From Euprymna scolopes (Eukaryota), in NCBI GenBank assembly GCA_053919585.1, contig CM132808.1: DNA of 64,000 nucleotides. The stretch is one strand, 5' to 3'. The position numbers and the translations under genes were made by a program. Shown here one piece after another: positions 52,099-64,000 of the stretch (within the stretch, counting starts at the first letter, position 1; each line of letters begins with the position of its first letter). The notes below the pieces were generated by a model, which was not told the DNA's origin, ran no database searches, and worked only from the letters and a program-made list of their open reading frames with translations.

Positions 52099-55000
52099 AT
52101 CTTATCGAACTTGAACATTTAAAACAGAACATGTTATTTACTTTATGGGGGTAGCATGCTCTCGTTCCGTCAGCCATGACTGAGTAGATGTCCTAATTCA
52201 CTTTTCCAATGAACTTTTCCAACAAATAAGAATGTAAATAATGTGAATAACGGACCCACATTTTAAAAAAATCAGAAATGTTTATATCCTCTGCTTGAAC
52301 ACAGTTTGTAAATATAATGATTTAGTATTTATGTGTAGACTATTTAATCCGCAGTAATTTTTTCAACAATTAAAGATATATGAACNNNNNNNNNNNNNNN
52401 NNNNNNNNNNNNNNNNNNNNNNNNNNNNNNNNNNNNNNNNNNNNNNNNNNNNNNNNNNNNNNNNNNNNNNNNNNNNNNNNNNNNNNNNNNNNNNNNNNNN
52501 NNNNNNNNNNNNNGAGAGAGTGAATATATATGTAGATGCATTGACATATAAGAATACAAGCAAATACATCGATATGCGAACTATATCAAGATAGTTGGTA
52601 AGTTAGCATTATATGTACACTGGTGGCACTTATATAACACTAATAATATATTTGAATATATTGACAAGTTACATAAATATACAAACAAACGGATCTGTCT
52701 GGCAAAGTCAGCCGTAAATATGCGTGGATAGCCACGTCGGCTGACCAAAAGTGTACACAGCTGGTTCCAGTGAATCTGTAATCATAATGAAATCATAATC
52801 GATGTTCAAATGATTTACATATAAACGTTTGAAAGAAAACCGGAAACCAAATATTCAAGAATGAATGATTATGTTTCTAAAATGCACATGGAATAATTAT
52901 GTTTAAATCATTTTTTTAATATAAGCAACAGTTTTTCTGTTGTTGTTTCTCTAATGTTCTCTTTTATTTTACGTGACTTTTATGTCTTGTTTGATACGCA
53001 CTACTGTCTCATCTTGCATGTTCATCTCACAACATTTCAGTACCCAACACTTTTGTACCCTTCCATGTGGAGTGCATCTTCTCGAACTCGGGAAATTGCA
53101 CGCAATGGAACAAGTGCTATGTAATAGATAGTTCTTAGTGATAATCCTCTGTATATCGTGGAAGCAGTTCTACGAATATAATTGAAAAATTACTTGAGCG
53201 TTCTATGCCTCTCCTTAGATTTTAAATACTTCCAAGACGATTTCAAAAATCATTTTCAGTTTTAGTATATGCAAATGTCAATGTTACAAGGTCTTTAATC
53301 TTGTGATCTCAGGTCAAATGGTATCTACTCTAAATGAGAACTATTAAATTGATTATAATTTATGGTAATTACTGAATGCAATGAAAACCATCAAACCGAC
53401 CTACGGAATGAGACCAGGTTTGCCGCTGTACCCAAGGGCAGCTTATATGGTTCCAATTCCGTATTTATAAACATTTAGCCATATATCCATAGACGTACTA
53501 GATGGAATTCAAAATTTAATTTCTATCCTCAATTGTATAATAAAGGCATCTGGCTTTGTACAGGAAACTAATTGGTCCTTAGACACAAAAATATGTTACA
53601 CATATTGTTATTTGCATTCGTTAAAAGTTCAAAAATTAAAAAACATTTGGCTCCATTATTCTTAGAGTAGATTTTATCGCAAATTATCGAATGCAAATCG
53701 TTTAGAGTGAACAGCAACAAACATCGTAAAATATTAATCCAGAAAAATTGCGTTTAACCTTATTATAACTATTACTACTATTAATAAAGTATAACAGTGA
53801 ATACTCTGTTCATAGGGTTTCGGCATGACCCCACGTGATACTATAATCATCTGAAAAAACATCTTCAAATGTATACTAGTAATGGATCACACGCAATATT
53901 TTACTAAAGAAAACTTGTGTTTGACCATAGTATAGTGCGACATTTCAAAATATCTCTTTTACATTATAATTATGCACACATAGCGACCTTGTAAGAAAGA
54001 TGGAAACTTAAATTACCACAACACCAAAGAAATTAGAGCAAATAAATTCTGCTGACGAAGTAGTTGCACAGTGCGGAACTAAGAACACCTCAGCCCTGGT
54101 ACAGAGCGACAATATAAAATTATGACGTAACTCACCAGCTGATTGGGGTTAATCAATTTAGATATTAGGAACGGTGTTTTATGGTTATCACTTTATTAGT
54201 TTATCTCTATGCTGATTCTAGCAGGAAAAAACGAGACTGATACGCGATCACCACGTATAAAGTTTTAAAGCATGAATACGCTTAGGAGTGAATATTCAAC
54301 GCTGGAATATTTGAATGATTTTCAGCCTTTTTTATGCCATGATTGAATGCAACAAGCAACTACCGACGTGACTATGTAACGGCGTGGATATTTACGTTCT
54401 CTGAAACCCCATCACTTTTGATCTCATCAAATTCATGTCTTATCTTGTCGACTTCTATTTGCTTTCGTTTTCTTTTTACCTCCCTTGATTTCTGGCAGGG
54501 TCACGTGGATCACATTCCAAGAAAACCCCGCTCCATTCCTCTCTCCGAAAACTGCTACTTCATCCGTTCGTATCTCTTCTCCTTGAGTTAACAACTCCGG
54601 GATCCACATGTGTTTTCTTGAGATTCGTCTCTTAATTAAATTTTCGCTCATAACGATGCCGCTTAGCCTCGCCACGTGCGCTGGGGCTGACGTCCAAATC
54701 GACGGAATGAAACACAAACAGTTTTTAACTGACCCCCTTCTCTTACTGAGCTACTTGAGGATATACCACATCTGTTAAAGTGTTACATATTCCCAAGTAG
54801 TAATATGCTTTTAAAATTAAATAAAAATTCGTCAAATTCTTAGGTCCGCGTGGTATAGCGGCTCTATTCATGATTAATTACTACCTTAGTTTAAAAGGAA
54901 AAAAAGGGAAGCATGCACTGAGATGTAAGGGCCTTTTGTGAATTAGGGGTCATATCTTAAATGGTATCTAAAAAGCGAGATACTTGTTCACATTATATTA

Positions 55001-55299
55001 ATAATTTCTGCATATGGGTACAATTAGGAAAACATGGGGTCATGAGAGAGTTACAAAATATAAATTTCGAAAAAAAAATATCAAAGTAAACAACAGTCCG
55101 ACATTTTCGAACATAAACCTCCAAGTTGTGGAGTTTTTCTTAATGTCGAATCGGTCGCATATATTTACGCTTAAGGAACACCAATGCAGCAAATAAATCT
55201 GAGCACATTTCACCAAATTATTTGTAAATAAAGCACAAGGATGTAACATAGCAGTGATAGGTCATGGACAAGGGCTTGGAAAATAGTGTAGGATATATT

Positions 55300-57295
55300 A
55301 GATTAGATGCTCTATTTTTACTAGTAATAACCAGGAGAGACCAGGGATTTGTTCGCCAATCCAAATTTTACAATACGCAATGCATAACTTAAAGTTTTTT
55401 TGAAGAGATCTGCGATGCAAACCTATGTAATATGTTTTCTATCACACTAAAGTTAGCCATCTTCTTTGCAGCAGCCTTGACAATGTCATCAATGTATTTG
55501 TTCTAATCCACATTGCCTAAGAATGTTAAGATGAGGAGTTTTAATGATGAACTCCCGCAGCAATTGTCTCTGATAAGAGTTAAACGAATAGAGATTTGGC
55601 TTAATCGCATTGTTTTATTATCAATTTATGTCACCCTTTCACTACAAATTCAACCGTAGCCTTGGATTTGCGCGAGTTCATGTTACCAACATGTAAAGAA
55701 CAGAACAAGTGTGATTACTAAATAAGTCACTCTCAAATGCAATTCGATCAGGTAGGCCGGTTATTAGAATCAGATGTAGAAAACGCTGAAAATTTCAATT
55801 CCTTGGAAACATTCGCATAATTGTTATGCTCTTCAGATATACGGGCATCTAAGACAAGATGAATCGTTCTTTTGTTAAAAAAGATCTGATTATGTTAAAT
55901 ATCCGTCTAGTTATACCCCGGGAATCAATTTCCATGAATAACCCTTTATGTCAGACTTTATTAAAAGTTTTTGATAATTCAAGTCCTACAGATATAGCTT
56001 CAGCAGCCTTGTCAGTTGTATTATGTATGCTTTAAAAGATACCGATATTGATATATTGGATATCGGCAGTAGAACGCAATAGCCTATATCCATACTGTTA
56101 GCGAAAAAGAATTTTAACATTAACAAGATAATGTATTGTTGTTAGATTATTAATGATTCACTCATTTTAGCGAAGATCGGTAGGAAACTGCTGGAACGAT
56201 CATTTTACTGATCAGTGTTTTTACCAGAATTCTTGAATATTGGTTACATATAAGCAATTTTTTAGATATAAGGAATGAAACGTCCAAGAAGGCATTTATT
56301 GTAGAGTTATGAGAAAACAGGAGTACACTCAACAGAACATTTCTTTATAACTAAAGCACGGATAATTCAGGTTCACTTACTTTGCAGCGATCAAGTTTTG
56401 ATTATATCATAAACTTCAATAGCGATGATGATTAAATCAACAAAAGTGGATCCAGCCTGCAGTGGGGAATTCGGGAGGAAATGGTGTGTGAGTTTCTAAG
56501 TAGTCAGGTTTTATCATTTTCCATGCACGTGAGGCCATGGTAATCATATAGCAGAGAAATTATTGATTGTCCATTATTCACAATACTATTATAATTTGTC
56601 CAGAAATGATGAATTCCTAATTTCTGCGACTCAATTCGTTTTCTGGACATCTTGATATAGCTAGTCTTTGGTGCAGCTATTGCACTCTTATAGTAATTTC
56701 TTAATACTATAATTTTTGTTTTAATTTGAACTATGGCAGTTGAATACCCGTAATGCTCCATTCCTATGCATAATAGTAGCTGCTCATTTCGAAGGGAACT
56801 GTTAAGTAGAGTGAGGCTCATGTATCTGCTCATACACATTCAATTAGCTAATTTGTGCACTTGTCAGTTTTATTCCGTAGTACGTCTATGATTTGATTTA
56901 TCACCAGCGTGTTTGTAGTATCTTTTTTTTTTCGAGTAACGCCGTTTCAATTTAGGGTCGAAAGTTGAGGATGATGACAATTCAGTCTACTGAATAATAG
57001 CTCAAGAAGTGAGTCTTGTTGATTCTCACGATCTGGAAATGAGGTAAGGGAAGTTATAGTTTATGAAAGAGAATAATAGAAAGATGGTAGAGGAAATGTA
57101 AGTAACTAATGCTATGTTGTAAGATTAATCTAAAGCGCGCACCTTATAATCTGGTTCTAGAATATGTTCTCTAGTCAATCAGAGGATGTTACGAATGTAA
57201 GCTCCAAGTTCGTGACTTTCTGCAGAGTGAGAATTATTGAGCCTTTGAATCCGTGATAAGATTGTTCTTGTTCCGTCGATAGTAACTGAGTAGAA
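55300..57295 (-). mobile_element. Heavily decayed CR1-type LINE (APE endonuclease and RT remnants)
   Basis: HELGAYIR, TSFPDRENQQDSLLELLF, LYNKCLL, PIFKNSG, QYGYRLLRSTADI, LELSKTFNKV*HKGL, FNIIRSFL. Confidence 0.7.
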
Positions 57296-57302
57296 GCTTT
57301 AA

Positions 57303-57357
<55 letters not shown>

Positions 57358-57409
57358 TATTCTTTATATAATGTATATATTATAAGGAAGAACATAATTA
57401 TACACACAC

Positions 57410-57465
<56 letters not shown>

Positions 57466-59809
57466 AATGGTTATTTTAATGCATTATTAATCATTAATTG
57501 TTCTTATAATTCATTGTATTCTATTAAATGCAATACTACGTGTATTTAGTACTTTCCTATTATATTTATAAGGATATTCGACTTTTCTCTTCCAGAAAAA
57601 AAGTATTCGGAACCCTAACTCGAAGAAACGGCACCCCAAATCAAAACGCAAAATGACTGGGGATTCCCCTCTTGACGTGTTGAATTTTGGTTGGTCTGGC
57701 AAATCGCCATATCCACTCTGCCCCTGAATACTGAGGCACCCAGACTGTTTGAAGCAGATTGAAGCCAATTCTCGAGAAAGAAACACGCTGCCAGAAACCC
57801 GCCCGAGACCCCCGTCTATCCTGACCGTCATCCAGTGGACGAAGAATAAGATTTTTGTGGGCTTAAAATGTTTTTGTGAACTGACGATGTACATATGTAA
57901 AAACCTGTAACTTTTGTGAAATTAACTTTTCGTAGCTTGAAACCCTGTTTTGACTGTCTTTCCTTTTCGGCGTGCATGTAAAGCTTTGCTTTTGCTTTTC
58001 AGCAGAGACCAACACAGAGACGCAGAGAATTTTGTGACGCCCTCCCGGTTGAAAAAGACGATCACGAGCCACAGTATCCGATGAGGTTAGAGGTTAGTTG
58101 CTGACCGGAGCATGGGAGGCTGTCCCAAGATGAACGTGTTCATTTCCCATAAAAATGAAAAAAAAATGTAATATACGTTATCAAATTGTCCATCGAACTG
58201 TGAATGTTTCTTTGTTTAATGCAATTGTCTAAACACTAGCACTTTACTCCAAAAAAACATGATAGGAAAACATTCCCAAACATAAATAAATTCAAGTCAT
58301 CTTTGAATTGCCAGACTTACACAGATTCCTGGGATTCTCTGTCTCTATTTAGTCGTCAGGGAATTTATGATGAGCTAAATACGAGTTTATATATTAGGGG
58401 CCAACACAAAGAAGGCGGCAATCAAGGATGTCTATCAATCAGATTTGTGACGACATAAACTAATAATTTGACCAGCAAAATATGGTGCAAAATAGAACTG
58501 AATAGAGAAATCATATTTGACAATCAAAGGATTTCGATTTACGTTCACAAAATTCTGCTCGATATTGATATTTGATTGTAATTCTCCTTTGTCACATTCT
58601 TATATAGGTTCCCATAAAATAAATTTGTATTTGTCTCTCCATCAATTTCCTGCGAATCGATTTCTGAACCATTTTTAAAAAGAGTAATCCTAACGAATTC
58701 CACATAATACTGAACGAACCGGGTGTTAAACTTTATGGTGCAATAATATTGCTTTGTTCATTAAATCGAAACCAAGAGTAAGCAGAATCTTAAATCCATC
58801 AAATCAGTATATTTTAAGTTTAAACTCATTCAGTATTGAATCTTTTTCCTCTCCGCCAGGCAAATTTATTCAGTATAACTGAAGTTTTATCTAGAAATAA
58901 GATGTAATTGCTTATCCTATCATTACTAAGCAAGCATTAAGATAACTCATTTTAATAAAGTGTAGTTAAATACATCAATCATTAAAATATATAATCACTT
59001 GACCACTATTCTAGCTTACGAGGGAAAAATACTTAGCAGCAATTGTCTGCACACGTAAAAAATTGTTTTAGACGAATTCTACAGCCTAATCTTTTGGGTT
59101 TACTCACTTCGTTACTTATATTTCAGATTGAGATCAAAGGGTATTATCTGTTCTGCTATCGGCCGGAAAGTTGGAACATTAGTAATTGTGGCAATCTTTA
59201 TTTTTATTGTCCTGTCAATAATTCCTATTTTGGGGAAGATGAATAAGCAGCCTTGTGTTTTATATTACTCTCGTGGGAGAAGTAATGAAATACTCGCATA
59301 GTCTATTCAGAAAGGTCGAATACGGATTAAGATACACTGCTCTGTGTTCTTTGTAGATGCTTAACATTGGTTAAATGCTGTCATACAGTTAACCATGTAT
59401 ATGTATATTAATTACATCAAATATTCTGATCAGTCAATGTTTCATCTCGTAAAGAAGTTTATATCTTCACAAAAAATGACACGTATTGAAACAACAAATC
59501 ATTAGTGTAAAAACGAGGAAAATCTATTCTTTTAATATATTTAATTTTGTTGATTGTTGCTTTCACAATTAGAACCCATACTAAACATCTCGATCTTTTA
59601 GACGATATAGCCATTTGAGTTGAGAGCAAGGGAATAATATTTTAACAAATTAATTTAAACAGGAGGGTAGAAAAAAGTGAAATAAATAGAAACTCAAAGC
59701 GTTTTAATTTGGTAACATTTTGAACTGATGCCTAATAAACAACTTTCAACTTGACATAAAAATGTTGATAATAAAATTAATGAACGTATTTAATATTTAC
59801 ATTATTCTC

Positions 59810-62670
59810 ATTGCTATGCATATATGAAATATTCTGATTGTTATATTCTGATTGCTATGCATATTTGAAATATTCTGATTGTTATATTCTGATTGCTATG
59901 CATATTTGAAATATTCTGATTGTAATATTCTGATTGCTATGCATATTCGAAATATTCTGATTGTTATATTCTGATTGCTATGCATATTTGAAATATTCTG
60001 ATTGTAATATTCTGATTGCTATGCATATTTGAAATATTCTGATTGTAATATTCTGATTGCTATGCATATTCGAAATATTCTGATTGTAATATTCTGATTG
60101 CTATGCATATTTGAAATATTCTGATTGTTATATTCTGATTGCTGTGCATATTTGAAATATTCTGATTGTTATATTCTGATTGCTATGCCTATTCGAAATA
60201 TTCTGATTGTTATATTCTGATTGCCATGCATATTTGAAATATTCTGATTGTAATTATATTCTGATTGCTATGCATATTTGAAATATTCTGATTGTAATAT
60301 TCTGATTGCTATGCAAATTTGAAATATTCTGATTGTAATATTCTGATTGCTATGCATATTTGAAATATTCTGATTGTTATATTCTGATTGCTATGCATAT
60401 TCGAAACATTCTGATTGTAATATTCTGATTGCTTTGCATAGTTGAAATATTCTGATTGTAATATTCTGATTGCTATGCATATTCGAAATATTCTGATTGT
60501 AATATTCTGATTGCTATGCATATTCGAAATATTATGATTGTTATATTCTGATTGCTGTGCATATTCGAAATATTCTGATTGTAATATTCTGATTGCTATG
60601 CCTATTCGAAATATTCTGATTGTTATATTCTGATTGCTATGCATATTCGAAATATTCTGATTGTAATATTCTGATTGCTATGCATATTCGAAATATTCTG
60701 ATTGTTATATTCTGATTGCTGTGCATATTCGAAATATTCTGATTGTAATATTCTGATTGCTATGCCTATTCGAAATATTCTTATTGTAATATTCTGATTG
60801 CTATGCATATTTGAAATATTCTGATTGTTATATTCTGATTGCTATGCATATTTGAAATATTCTGATTGTAATATTCTGATTGCTATGCATATTTGAAATA
60901 TTCTGATTGTAATATTCTGATTGCTATGCATATTCGAAATATTCTGATTGTTATATTCTGATTGCTATGCATATTTGAAATATTCTGATTGTAATATTCT
61001 GATTGCTATGCATATTCGAAATATTATGATTGTTATATTCTGATTGCTGTGCATATTCGAAATATTCTGATTGTAATATTCTGATAGCTATGCATATTCG
61101 AAATATTCTGATTGTTATATTCTGATTGCTATGCATATTCGAAATATTCTGATTGTAATATTCTGATTGCTATGCATATTCGAAATATTCTGATTGTTAT
61201 ATTCTGATTGCTGTGCATATTCGAAATATTCTGATTGTAATATTCTGATTGCTATGCATATTTGAAATATTCTGATTGTTATATTCTGATTGCTATGCAT
61301 ATTTGAAATATTCTGATTGTAATATTCTGATTGCTATGCATATTTGAAATATTCTGATTGTAATATTCTGATTGCTATGCATATTCGAAATATTCTGATT
61401 GTAATATTCTGATTGCTATGCATATTTGAAATATTCTGATTGTTATATTCTGATTGCTGTGCATATTTGAAATATTCTGATTGTAATATTCTGATTGCTA
61501 TGCCTATTCGAAATATTCTGATTGTAATATTCTGATTGCCATGCATATTTGAAATATTCTGATTGTAATTATATTCTGATTGCTATGCATATTTGAAATA
61601 TTCTGATTGTAATATTCTGATTGCTATGCATATTTGAAATATTCTGATTGTAATATTCTGATTGCTATGCATATTTGAAATATTCTGATTGTTATATTCT
61701 GATTGCTATGCATATTCGAAACATTCTGATTGTAATATTCTGATTGCTTTGCATAGTTGAAATATTCTGATTGTAATATTCTGATTGCTATGCATATTTG
61801 AAATATTCTGATTTTAATATTCTGATTGCTATGCATATTCGAAATATTCTGATTGTAATATTCTGATTGCTATGCATATGTGAAATATTCTGATTGTAAT
61901 ATTCTGATTGCTATGCATATTCGAAATATTATGATTGTAATATTCTGATTGCTATGCATATTTGAAATATTCTGATTGTTATATTCTGATTGCTATGCCT
62001 ATTCGAAATATTCTGATTGTAATATTCTGATTGCTATGCATATTCGAAATATTCTGATTGTTATATTCTGATTGCTATGCATATTTGAAATATTCTGATT
62101 GTAATATTCTGATTACTATGCATATTTGAAATATTCTGATTGTAATATTCTGATTTCTATGCATATTCGAAATATTCTGATTGTAATATTCTGATTGCTA
62201 TGCATATTCGAAATATTCTGATTGTTATATTCTGATTGCTATGCATATTCGAAATATTCTGATTGTAATATTCTGATTGCTATGCATATTCGAAATATTA
62301 TGATTGTTATATTCTGATTGCTATGCATATTCGAAATATTCTGATTGTAATATTCTGATTGCTATGCCTATTCGAAATATTCTGATTGTTATATTCTGAT
62401 TGCTATGCATATTTGAAATATTCTGATTGTTATATTCTGATTGCTATGCATATTAGAAATATTCTGATTGTAATATTCTGATTTCTATGCATATTTGAAA
62501 TATTCTGATTGTTATATTCTGATTGCTATGCCTATTCGAAATATTCTGATTGTTATATTCTGATTGCTATGCATATTTGAAATATTCTGATTGTAATATT
62601 CTGATTGCTATGCATATTTGAAATATTCTGATTGTTATATTCTGATTGCTGTGCATATTTGAAATATTCT
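59810..62670. repeat. Satellite array, 41-bp unit, about 70 copies
   Basis: Unit tattctgattgctatgcatatt(t/c)gaaatattctgattgt(a/t)a, itself made of two ATATTCTGATTG sub-repeats. Confidence 0.98.
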
Positions 62671-63000
62671 GGTAACGTTTCGGACGACGTAACTTCCGAT
62701 CAAGTGTAACTTGTCGAAATCAGAAATATATATGTGTGTGTTTGTGTTTGTGTGTGCGCGCGCGCGTGTGGTTGTATGCGTGTGTGTGTATGTAGAGTAA
62801 GAAAGAAAGACAGAGAGACAGTAATAGTTAACTAATTAATAATGTAGTTTGAAAACTTCTCTTTCTTCTTTCTGGATTCATGTTTATTTTAATTATGAAA
62901 ATTACTAAGGCTGTTAATCTTTTGGAAACAATTAAGCGTCGTTTAGATCTATTACATAATATTACTGAAACGAACATTACTATATTTAAATTGAATCCAA

Positions 63001-63064
<64 letters not shown>

Positions 63065-63210
63065 TAGTTTTTGTTTTGATTTTTTAAACGATAGTAATGT
63101 TTATGTCTCCGCCTCGGAAACCGGTGATTTTCTAAGAAAGTCGCCCAATTTTATTTGGACGTATTATTTATTTATTTATTTATTTATTTATTATTTTTAA
63201 AAACAGTAAT

Positions 63211-63254
63211 CTACGGACACGCGTGTTTCGGAGCCCCACTCCTCTTCAGCGAAT
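63211..63254 (-). ncRNA. Type-I hammerhead ribozyme with an intact core
   Basis: ttcg-CTGAAGA-ggag tgggg ctcc-GAAA-cac gc gt-GTC-cgta. Palindromic stem III ACACGCGTGT. Predicted cleavage between 63216 and 63215. Confidence 0.8.
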
Positions 63255-63257
63255 CTT

Positions 63258-63330
63258 GACCGTTGGTAGGATCCGAACCTTGGACCTTATGTATTTCAGT
63301 CCAGCGTCCTAATCCACTGTTGCCATAGAG
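63258..63330 (-). promoter_or_regulatory. tRNA-derived (Phe-like) internal Pol III promoter
   Basis: A box TGGCAACAGTGG, a GACTGAAAT loop, then AAGGTCC and B box GGTTCGGATCC. The acceptor and anticodon stems do not pair, so this is not a functional tRNA. Confidence 0.65.
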
Positions 63331-64000
63331 AATTTACAGCTTCGTTTTTATCGTTCATCTGTTTAAGTGGTTTTTGTTTTGATTTTTGAAACGATAGTAA
63401 TGTTTATGTCTCCGCCTCGGAAACCGGTGATTTTCTAAGAAAGTCGCCCAATTTTATTTGGACGTATTATTTATTTATATGGGAATTTCACAGAAATATA
63501 TTAGAAAAACATACTTAAAAAAATGAAGTTTAAATTCCTGGAAAGTAACAACTAAATTGCATAAATCGCAGATATAGCACTTGCATTATTCAACTTTTCT
63601 CGCGAGGAGTTCATAATTATACAAGCAATTTCAACTATATAACGGTGGACTTTTATCTACACAATAATACATATTGTGGGTGGTAAATTTTCGAACATGA
63701 TTACGAAATAATAATTACATACGAAATGTTTCATTTTTCTGGTTCATCATATGTGTAAATATATAGATTTTTGCTGAAAGTATTGAGGTACATTGACATA
63801 ATGTGTGGTTGGAGAGATTTCGCAATAGAAATGTGAAATTAAGAATGAAACCTTAAATTCTTATACTATTTACTTTATGAAATTACGAGCTATACCTCTT
63901 GATCCAATAAAATTATTTTTATTTTTCTTCTTTATTCGTATCTTTAAAGTTACAGTTTAAGGGGTTAATCGTTTCTTCGTTGTTTATATAATTTTCACAA

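Larger units (their letters stand above)
63061..63477 (-). mobile_element. 303-bp unit present about 1.4 times, containing a tRNA-like head and an HHR (retrozyme/SINE-like)
   Basis: About 115-bp direct repeats at 63061 and 63364. tRNA-like segment at 63258-63330 and HHR at 63211-63254. Abuts (TA)n at 63004-63062. Confidence 0.85.

Noticed and set aside
59810-62670. Repetitive ORFs (MHSNQNITIRIF...) or a CRISPR-like array
   Set aside because: Pure head-to-tail satellite with no unique spacers and frequent stops; eukaryotic context with no cas genes.
982-63200. ORFs with IYIY, THTH or CVCV runs or X stretches
   Set aside because: Microsatellite and N-gap artefacts.
63258-63330. Functional tRNA-Phe gene
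   Set aside because: The acceptor and anticodon stems do not pair; it is interpreted as a SINE-type head.

Overview
AT-rich, microsatellite-dense eukaryotic DNA (invertebrate-like, about 10 N gaps), apparently intronic or intergenic. No intact protein-coding gene is recognisable. Most six-frame ORFs are microsatellite or satellite artefacts. The window holds many decayed transposons: a Penelope-like element (PLE; RT + GIY-YIG) with hammerhead-bearing pseudo-LTRs plus further PLE fragments, two copies of a non-autonomous Helitron, an I-superfamily LINE, CR1-type LINE remnants, mariner and maT remnants, MITEs, a TSD-flanked SINE, and three tandem arrays (about 61, 29 and 41 bp units). The most interesting signal is a set of at least 5 sequence-distinct minimal type-I hammerhead ribozyme (HHR) families, mostly next to (TA)n tracts. 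Several sit just downstream of tRNA-derived Pol III boxes. One lies in a 303-bp unit repeated about 1.4 times. One is a 145-bp monomer whose HHR is complete only if the monomer is circularised or tandemly repeated. Several fold-back or chimeric junctions map at ribozyme cores. Together these suggest small non-autonomous tRNA-HHR retrozyme/SINE families mobilised by TA-associated PLEs. All ribozyme, structure and family calls were made by eye and have not been computed or searched.
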